DNA from: Halioglobus sp.
GTDB taxonomy: Bacteria > Pseudomonadota > Gammaproteobacteria > Pseudomonadales > Halieaceae
Direction: 5' to 3'
Length of the DNA stretch: 64,000 bases
NCBI GenBank assembly: GCA_013214285.1
Contig: JABSPW010000001.1
Span: 16,945-80,944 of the forward strand
Under the pieces are notes generated by a model, which saw nothing but the letters and a program-made list of their open reading frames with translations, did not search any database and had not been told where the DNA came from. Below, piece after piece: positions 57,305-64,000 of the stretch (the first letter of the stretch is position 1; every line of letters starts with the position of its first letter). Both the position numbers and the translations under genes were made by a program.

Positions 57305-58483
57305 TCAGGCGACCTCAAAAAGTCCGGCGGCCCCCATGCCACCACCCACACACATGGTAATAACGACGTATTTGACCCCACGTCGTTTACCCTCGATAAG
57401 CGCGTGACCCACCATACGCGAACCGCTCATACCATAGGGATGACCAATGGAGATAGCACCGCCATTAACATTGAGCTTGTCATTGTCTATGCCTAGCTGG
57501 TCACGGCAGTAGATTACCTGTACCGCAAACGCTTCATTCAGCTCCCACAAGCCGATGTCGTCCATGGTAAGTCCGTGTTGCTTCAGCAGTTTGGGCACCG
57601 CAAATACCGGCCCGATGCCCATTTCATCAGGTGCACAGCCGGCCACGGCAATACCACGATAGATGCCCAGCGGTTCCAGTCCCTCTTTCTCTGCGAGCTT
57701 GGCGTCCATCAACACCTGTGCGGAGGAGCCATCAGACAACTGTGACGCATTACCCGCGGTTATGGTGCCACCTTCCTGCACCGTTTTAAGCCCGGCGAGC
57801 CCCTCCGCCGTGGTGGCTCGAATACCTTCATCGGCAGAGACGGTCGCTTCCGCTTCGGACGCTTCACCGGTCTCTTTGTCCCATACCGTGCGCAGACAGG
57901 TTACCGGCACCAGCTCGTCGGCGTAGTGGCCCGCCTCATAGGCCGCCGCGGTGCGCTGTTGTGACTGCAGGCCGTATGAGTCCATCTGTTCACGGGTGAT
58001 GCCATAGCGTTCGGCAACCACTTCCGCGGTCTGCAGCATCGGCATGAAAATATTCGGCTCGATGGCAATCAATTCCTCATCAACCATGCGATGAATGTTC
58101 ATGTGCTCATTCTGGACCAGCGAGATAGACTCCAGTCCACCCCCGACAACGACGCTCATGCCGTCTTCGATGATCTGTTTTGCCGCCGTAGCGACCGCCA
58201 TGAGGCCTGAGGAACACTGTCGATCCAGGGTCATCCCTGAGACGGTGTTCGGCAGACCCGCGCGCAGGGCAATCTGGCGTGCAATATTCGAACCGGTGGC
58301 GCCCTGCTGCAAAGCGGCACCCATGATAACGTCGTCGACCCGATCCGGGTCAATCCCGGCACGCTGCACCGCAGCAGAGACCGATGCGGCACCGAGGGTC
58401 GCGCCCGCCAGGTTGTTGAATCCACCACGATACGCTTTGCCGATCGGCGTGCGCGCGGTACTTACAATCACTGCTTCGCTCAT
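57305..58483 (-). CDS. Acetyl-CoA C-acyltransferase (thiolase)
   Basis: [20 protein letters not shown] is at the N-terminus. The catalytic Cys region is LDRQCSSGL, and [14 protein letters not shown] and MCVGGGMG are present. Confidence 0.92.
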   Translation of the reverse strand: MSEAVIVSTARTPIGKAYRGGFNNLAGATLGAASVSAAVQRAGIDPDRVDDVIMGAALQQGATGSNIARQIALRAGLPNTVSGMTLDRQCSSGLMAVATAAKQIIEDGMSVVVGGGLESISLVQNEHMNIHRMVDEELIAIEPNIFMPMLQTAEVVAERYGITREQMDSYGLQSQQRTAAAYEAGHYADELVPVTCLRTVWDKETGEASEAEATVSADEGIRATTAEGLAGLKTVQEGGTITAGNASQLSDGSSAQVLMDAKLAEKEGLEPLGIYRGIAVAGCAPDEMGIGPVFAVPKLLKQHGLTMDDIGLWELNEAFAVQVIYCRDQLGIDNDKLNVNGGAISIGHPYGMSGSRMVGHALIEGKRRGVKYVVITMCVGGGMGAAGLFEVA

Positions 58484-58518
58484 ATCCTTTTCTCCACGAT
58501 TTCGGAAATTTCCGAGTT

Positions 58519-59433
58519 TTAACTGTTGCCCTCTCCGGCCAAGGCGAGGCTAACCATTTTTACGGTCTGCTCAGCACCAGCGCCCGGCTGAGTCTCACCC
58601 TCGGTGGCGGTAATTTCCGCCCAGTGCTCGGCTATGCCCTCTGGTGTCTGCTCGTCAGGCGGCAACCACTTGCCGGCGGATTCAACAATGCGGGCCACAG
58701 CGAAACTGCCAGCCCCGGCGGCCAAGATAGTGCGGCTCGGTGCATCCTCGCTGACCAAATACAGCACGGCCGGCGTGACCGTCTCCGGTGTAAGCTTTTC
58801 GAAGGCCTCGTCCGGCAAGAGCCCCTCGGTCATTCGCGTGCCCGCAGTAGGCGCCAGCGCGTTCACCCTAATATTGTACTTAGCGCCTTCATGGGTCAGC
58901 GTGTTCATCATGCCGATGACCCCCATTTTAGCGCTGCCGTAATTGGCCTGACCAAAGTTGCCGTAGAGCCCCGATGAGGAGGTCGTTACTACCACCCGGC
59001 CATAGGCCTGCTCACGCATGACCCCCCAGCAGGCCTTAGTGCAGTTGACAGTCCCCATCAGGTGCACGTCCAGCACCAACTGAAAATCTTCCAGTGATCC
59101 CTTATGGAAACTTTTATCGCGTAAAATACCGGCGTTATTGACTAAAATATCGATCCGGCCCCAGGTATCCATCGCCTGCTTGACCATCGCCTCGACCTCG
59201 CCAAATTTCGCAACATTGGCACCATTGGCAATAGCTTCGCCCCCAGCTGCTTCAATCTCGGCAACAACGGCCTGGGCGGCCTCTGAACCCGCACCGGTGC
59301 CATCGACACTGCCGCCCAGGTCGTTAACCACTACCTTGGCCCCGCGCTTGGCGAGTTCGATCGCATGGCTGCGACCGAGCCCGCCACCGGAACCTGTCAC
59401 AATGGCGACCTTGCCGTCATAACGAATAGACAT
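58519..59433 (-). CDS. SDR, MFE-2-type 3-hydroxyacyl-CoA dehydrogenase-like
   Basis: Motifs are [23 protein letters not shown] and the catalytic NYGSAK. Confidence 0.85.
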   Translation of the reverse strand: MSIRYDGKVAIVTGSGGGLGRSHAIELAKRGAKVVVNDLGGSVDGTGAGSEAAQAVVAEIEAAGGEAIANGANVAKFGEVEAMVKQAMDTWGRIDILVNNAGILRDKSFHKGSLEDFQLVLDVHLMGTVNCTKACWGVMREQAYGRVVVTTSSSGLYGNFGQANYGSAKMGVIGMMNTLTHEGAKYNIRVNALAPTAGTRMTEGLLPDEAFEKLTPETVTPAVLYLVSEDAPSRTILAAGAGSFAVARIVESAGKWLPPDEQTPEGIAEHWAEITATEGETQPGAGAEQTVKMVSLALAGEGNS

Positions 59434-59473
59434 TCCTGTAATCCTCTACTGGTGAATAAATGAAAAGGCCACT

Positions 59474-59938
59474 TCAGCCAGCCACGACCATCGTTAACCA
59501 CTCTGCAACCAGGGCGGGCGTTTCCTCCCCTTCAATCTCTACTGAGATAGTCTGCTTGACCAGGAACCGGTCTCCCTCCTTGCGCGTTATGTCGGATATT
59601 TCGGAATGGGCACGGACCCGCTTGCCCGACTTAACCGGCGCCAGAAACCGCACCTTGTCAAAGCCGTAATTCAAGCCCATAACAACCACCTCGGGAATGA
59701 CGCCAAAACCCTGGCACATGCGCGACAGCAGTGACAGTGTCAAAAAACCGTGGGCAATCGTGGTACCAAACGGCGTTTCCTTTGCCGCTGCCTCATCAAC
59801 ATGAATGAACTGATGGTCCTCGGTGCAATCTGCAAATGTATCAATACGACTCTGATCGATCTCTATCCAATCGCCTGGCTCAAACTTGGTGCCGATGGCG
59901 TCCAGCATTTCTTCCTTCGGGACGACTTTTACTGCCAT
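59474..59938 (-). CDS. MaoC-like (R)-specific enoyl-CoA hydratase
   Basis: The internal ATG at 59938 gives MAVKVVPKEEMLD. The hydratase motif is FIHVDEAAAKETPFGTTIAHG. The longer ORF would overlap the receptor gene. Confidence 0.85.
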   Translation of the reverse strand: MAVKVVPKEEMLDAIGTKFEPGDWIEIDQSRIDTFADCTEDHQFIHVDEAAAKETPFGTTIAHGFLTLSLLSRMCQGFGVIPEVVVMGLNYGFDKVRFLAPVKSGKRVRAHSEISDITRKEGDRFLVKQTISVEIEGEETPALVAEWLTMVVAG

Positions 59939-60158
59939 GATGTGTTCCTCGTAGATTATGGGTCTCTGCAGAGAGCCTAAAGTGTAGTCGGGCTGGGGCA
60001 ACTCACCACACTCGGCAAAGCCACTCCGGGCCTGTTGCCAACCGTTCAGGGGAGATACAAGGGCTTGAATGACCACCAAAAAAGGGAGTTGAACATACAG
60101 TATGTATTTAGGCCGTTCAAGTATTTTCTGGTCGAGCCCGGCACGGCCTCGACCCCGA

Positions 60159-62594
60159 TCAGAAACTGTAACTGAGTCGCACGCCGTAGGTGCGTGGCTC
60201 CTGCAAGCTGGCGACAGCATTCTGCGTAACAGTACTCGGTCGGCCGATGCCAACCACCTCTCGATCGTCTTCGATATTTTTGACCCAAGCCGTAATCTCC
60301 CAGACCTCGTCGGGGCTTGTAGCAGACAGACGGGCGTCCCAGCTGTCATAGCTGTCGACCTTGTCATATAGCGGGTTATTAAACGCTGTTGCCCAGTGAT
60401 CGCCGGTGTACAGGTAACTCAACGTGGCAGACCAATCGAAATTGAATAGTTCAAAGAAATAGATCACATTGGCAGACAGCTTGTACTCGGGCATCAGAGG
60501 AAACTGGTTGCCTTTCAAGTCCTGATCTTGCGTACACAAAGACGCCTCTGACATGCCTTGTGACAACGGTCCCAGCTGGCAGGCGTTGGCATCTTTAGTA
60601 AGGAACTTATCGTACTCAGAGTCATTCCAGGAGAAAGTGCCACTCAGTATCAGCTGCTGTGTCACCAGAGCCTGAGATTCCAACTCAACACCCCAGGCGT
60701 TTGCCTGGTCTGCATTGACAAAGGTATTTAGTCCGATGCCTTCTACCACATCCTGTTTCAATACCTGGAGATCATCGTAGTCATAATAGTAAATCGAGGA
60801 ACTCAGGTTGATCCGGTTATCCCACATCACACCTTTGTAACCGATCTCATAGGAAATGATTTGCTCGGGTTTCACCACGTCCACTAGGGGGCTGCTAGTA
60901 GGCTTCTGAAAGTTAAAACCACCAGAGCGGTAACCAGAGGCGATTACGCCGTAGAGGAAGTGTGTATCTGCGAGGATGTGGTCCACACCCAAGCGCCAGG
61001 TGAATTTGTCCCAGTCATCATCAGCACTGCGGAATACAACCGGATCGTCAGGATCACCCACGTATTGCACGAATGTATTGTCATTGCCCTTTTTCTCATC
61101 ATAGGAGTAGCGCAATCCTGCGGTTAGCACCGTGCGGTCGGTCCAGTCCCAGCTCAACTGACTGTATGCAGCATACGAGCGGGTATCCACGTTGGCTTCA
61201 CCGCGATACAAATAGTTATTATCACTGGTAGCACCCCCTGCGAACTGGGCAAAGTAGGCATAGACGGCCATCAGCTCGTCAGTCAACTCACGAAAATCAG
61301 CGACCTGTTCCTCGTCGCTATGGTAGTAATAAAATCCCGCCAGAAGACCGTAATCATTATCCCAGTTAGAGGTGTACTGGAGTTCGTGAGACATAAACCG
61401 CGCTTCCTGGTTTACGTTCCAGGTCATAAACGCCGGCGTAATAGGGTTGTCCTGCAAGAAACTAAGCTGCGGAATTGCAGACACCGGTATGCCTTGCAAA
61501 AGAAGCTTTGACCAGTCTATTCCAGAATCGGTAGTGACACTCGCGTCCGCATCGTTAATCAGGTCGAACCAGTAGCGAGAGTAACCACCGGTATACTTCA
61601 GTGAAAAACTATCTGCCGAGTACTCACTGTTAAGAAACGCGGACCAACCCTTGGTGTCCGTGTTGGGGTCCGTATCCTGTTTCACTTTATCTTCATTGCG
61701 TAGCGCGGGGTTGGTAATCTTCAGCCCCTGACGCATATTGACAAAATTCTGCTTCGCAAACATGCCAGGCAAGTTGAGTATTTCGCCCGTATCCACGTCG
61801 TTAAACTGCTGTATCAACCCACGGTTAAAGGGTTCCAAGATGTAGCCGTTACCCTGACGCTGATTGCGATCGTTGCCCACCACCTTCAGATTGGAATTCC
61901 AACGGTCGTTTGGTTGATACTCAAAGCCGAAGGTGCCATAGAGAATATCATTCTGTTCATAGTCCTTGCCGTTGTAAATGTTATCCTGGTAACCATCGCG
62001 CTTCATTTTCGAAATGCCTGCGAGAAAGCCCACTTCGTCAGTCAGCGGCCCGCTGGTATACCCTTGCCCTATGTAGCCATTAAAATTAGACACCTCTCCC
62101 ATGACCTTGGTGCTCCAATCCTCCGATGGACGTTTGCTAATAAAGTTAATGGCACCACCAATAGAATTACGGCCATAAAGCGTGCCCTGAGGCCCGCGCA
62201 GCACCTCAATACGTTCAATATCCATGAACTCGGAAAGGTTGAAGACAGCATTCTCGGTGTTATAAACCCCGTCCCAGTAAATACCGATACCTGGCTCCGA
62301 GCCCACCGCCAGGTTGGGACGGCCTACGCCGCGAATGGCTACCCTGAAGGTCGTAATTGTTAAGGAGGGCGTTCTAGCAGTCAGGTCGGCACTACCATCG
62401 ATACCGAGAAGATTCATGCTTTCCTGATCGAAGGCACTAATCGAGGCAGGCGTTTGCATGATAGAGGCTTCCCGCTTGTTGGCAGTGACAATAATCTCCT
62501 CCAGCCCGGCAGGCGCCTGAGACCACGCCGCTGCAACCCACAGCCAGGAGCCGAGCGAAAACCACCTTGTGCAATGCCTGGATGTTCTTATCAT
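60159..62594 (-). CDS. TonB-dependent receptor
   Basis: The protein has a signal peptide and a TonB-box-like LEEIIVTA. The plug carries ISAFDQESMN...RGPQGTLYGRNSIGGAINFISKRP. The barrel ends in the terminal RLSYSF. Confidence 0.9.
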   Translation of the reverse strand: MIRTSRHCTRWFSLGSWLWVAAAWSQAPAGLEEIIVTANKREASIMQTPASISAFDQESMNLLGIDGSADLTARTPSLTITTFRVAIRGVGRPNLAVGSEPGIGIYWDGVYNTENAVFNLSEFMDIERIEVLRGPQGTLYGRNSIGGAINFISKRPSEDWSTKVMGEVSNFNGYIGQGYTSGPLTDEVGFLAGISKMKRDGYQDNIYNGKDYEQNDILYGTFGFEYQPNDRWNSNLKVVGNDRNQRQGNGYILEPFNRGLIQQFNDVDTGEILNLPGMFAKQNFVNMRQGLKITNPALRNEDKVKQDTDPNTDTKGWSAFLNSEYSADSFSLKYTGGYSRYWFDLINDADASVTTDSGIDWSKLLLQGIPVSAIPQLSFLQDNPITPAFMTWNVNQEARFMSHELQYTSNWDNDYGLLAGFYYYHSDEEQVADFRELTDELMAVYAYFAQFAGGATSDNNYLYRGEANVDTRSYAAYSQLSWDWTDRTVLTAGLRYSYDEKKGNDNTFVQYVGDPDDPVVFRSADDDWDKFTWRLGVDHILADTHFLYGVIASGYRSGGFNFQKPTSSPLVDVVKPEQIISYEIGYKGVMWDNRINLSSSIYYYDYDDLQVLKQDVVEGIGLNTFVNADQANAWGVELESQALVTQQLILSGTFSWNDSEYDKFLTKDANACQLGPLSQGMSEASLCTQDQDLKGNQFPLMPEYKLSANVIYFFELFNFDWSATLSYLYTGDHWATAFNNPLYDKVDSYDSWDARLSATSPDEVWEITAWVKNIEDDREVVGIGRPSTVTQNAVASLQEPRTYGVRLSYSF

Positions 62595-62685
62595 CTAACC
62601 TCTCCGCTAGTTATAGTTCTGGGGTAGAAGCCTGGGTTAACTCATAACGACATCATCCATCTTGGAAGCTCTTAGCATCTGTTAG

Positions 62686-63900
62686 CTATGCTAGATACTG
62701 CTTCAATTCATTGCGGCCCACCACCATACGGTGCACCGCATCAGGACCGTCCGCCAGACGCAGAGTGCGCTGACCCATATACATCCCAGCTAGAGGTGTA
62801 TCCTGCGAAATACCCAGAGCGCCAAACATCTGAATTGCTTCATCGACGATGCGAATCGACACATTGGGCACAGCCGTCTTAATCATGGAGATCCAAATGC
62901 GTGCCTCTTTCGGGTCGACATTGTCCATCATCCAAGCCGTTTTCAACGTAAGCAGGCGCGCTTGCTCAATGTCCATGCGCGCATTGGCAATGATATCGAT
63001 GTTGCCGCCGAGGCGCGCCAGCGGCTTGCCGAAGGCAGTCCGGGACAGGGAGCGCTCGCACATCAGCTGCAGAGCCTTCTCTGCAGCGCCAATGGAGCGC
63101 ATGCAATGATGTATACGACCAGGTCCTAACCTACCCTGCGAGATTTCAAAACCGCGCCCCGGTCCGAGGATCATGTTGTCTTTTGGCACACGTACATCGG
63201 TATACCGTTGATGCATATGACCGTGAGGCGCATCGTCTAAAGAAAAAACATTCATGGGCCGGATGTTTTCAAAGCCTGGTGCATCCGTTGGCACCAAAAT
63301 CTGAGACTGCTGTACATGTTTGGGGGCCTCAGCATCGGTCTTTACCATTACAATCATAATCCTGCAACGGGGATCGCCAGCACCAGATACATAGTGCTTT
63401 TCTCCGTTGATCACCCACTCATCACCATCCAACACCGCCTCCGTGCTAATATTCGTTGCATCTGATGAGGCGACTCCAGGCTCTGTCATCGCAAACGCGG
63501 ATCGAATCTCACCGTTAAGCAAAGGTTCTAGCCATTGCTTCTTCTGTGCATCGCTGCCGTACTTGTGCAAGACCTCCATATTGCCGGTGTCCGGTGCAGA
63601 ACAATTGAACACCTCCGCGGCCATATGAGACTTGCCCATTTCCTCTGCAAGGTAAGCATACTCAACGGTGTTCAGTCCGAAGCCGGCATCGTCCGTTAGA
63701 AAAAAGTTCCAAAGACCCCTTTCCCGCGCCTGACTCTTAAGGCCCTCCATAATGTCAGTCTGCTTCTGCGTGAACTGCCAGCGGTCACCTACTGCGATAT
63801 CGGCATAATAATCGCCCTCCACAGGCAGCACCTGGTCGTTAATAAAAAGGCGCACCTCCTCCAGCAGAGGCGACACATTAGCGCTGATTCCAAGATCCAT
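62686..63900 (-). CDS. Acyl-CoA dehydrogenase
   Basis: The 404-aa protein carries AFAMTEPGVASSDATNIST and GRLGPGRIHHCMRSIG. The RBS AGGAG lies upstream of the ATG. Confidence 0.9.
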   Translation of the reverse strand: MDLGISANVSPLLEEVRLFINDQVLPVEGDYYADIAVGDRWQFTQKQTDIMEGLKSQARERGLWNFFLTDDAGFGLNTVEYAYLAEEMGKSHMAAEVFNCSAPDTGNMEVLHKYGSDAQKKQWLEPLLNGEIRSAFAMTEPGVASSDATNISTEAVLDGDEWVINGEKHYVSGAGDPRCRIMIVMVKTDAEAPKHVQQSQILVPTDAPGFENIRPMNVFSLDDAPHGHMHQRYTDVRVPKDNMILGPGRGFEISQGRLGPGRIHHCMRSIGAAEKALQLMCERSLSRTAFGKPLARLGGNIDIIANARMDIEQARLLTLKTAWMMDNVDPKEARIWISMIKTAVPNVSIRIVDEAIQMFGALGISQDTPLAGMYMGQRTLRLADGPDAVHRMVVGRNELKQYLA

Positions 63901-63937
63901 TACTGTGCTCCTTTCAAACCAATAATTTGAACAGCGC

Positions 63938-64000
63938 TCAACCGTTTACCACTTTGGCGCCAGACAACTCAGTCGCGTAATCCACCTTCAGCTGGCGCTT
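63938..64000 (-). CDS. 3' end of an unidentified upstream gene (20 codons visible)
   Basis: The open frame reads KRQLKVDYATELSGAKVVNG-stop into the window edge. It is too short to name. Confidence 0.3.
   Translation of the reverse strand, partial: KRQLKVDYATELSGAKVVNG

Noticed and set aside
59939-60367. Long form of the MaoC ORF (297 aa) overlapping the 3' end of the TonB-dependent receptor gene
   Set aside because: The extra 143 residues have no hydratase similarity and overlap the receptor's C-terminal barrel and terminal Phe. The internal ATG at 59938 gives a normal 154-aa MaoC protein.
1-64000. CRISPR arrays, tRNA/rRNA/tmRNA genes, prophage or defence-system genes
   Set aside because: I saw no short regularly spaced repeats, no cloverleaf-like or rRNA-like segments, and no nuclease, helicase or methylase gene sets. 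This visual scan cannot exclude small ncRNAs.

Overview
The window looks like a gammaproteobacterial chromosome segment and falls into three blocks. (1) Positions 1-14.7 kb are GC-rich core genes. They include ftsH-rlmE divergent from yhbY, a decayed iron-uptake locus (frameshifted and truncated TonB-dependent receptor), and a strong Fur-box promoter driving two uncharacterised ORFs. They also include greA-carB-carA, with an attenuator-like leader upstream of carA, and an SDR-TetR-ACAD-ACAD operon. (2) Positions 14.8-54.1 kb are a roughly 39-kb polysaccharide island. It opens with a PEP-CTERM-type export and chain-length module: Wza-like exporter, outer-membrane barrel, chain-length determinant, kinase-like ATPase, ExeA-like ATPase and a TPR lipoprotein. 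An AT-richer Wzx/Wzy-type assembly region follows. It holds a WecA-like initiating transferase, four GT-B glycosyltransferases, a GDP-mannose 6-dehydrogenase (AlgD-like) and an AsnB-like amidotransferase. It also holds a NodB-type deacetylase, two leaderless heparinase II/III-family proteins, five mutually divergent PAPS-type sulfotransferases and a secreted formylglycine-type sulfatase. Two secreted parallel beta-helix protein genes share a 1,470-bp direct repeat that matched everywhere I compared it. The two repeat copies bracket the most AT-rich 13.3-kb cassette. The island ends with a VPLPA/PEP-CTERM-type sorting-signal protein, and no exosortase gene is visible in the window. (3) Positions 54.6-64 kb are a GC-rich minus-strand beta-oxidation-type operon with an embedded TonB-dependent receptor. 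The best candidate for an undescribed system is the island, read as a pathway for a heavily sulfated, uronic-acid-containing exopolysaccharide with glycosaminoglycan-like logic. I found no rRNA, tRNA, CRISPR array, transposase or integrase. All functional calls rest on motifs read by eye from the translations, and no database search was run.
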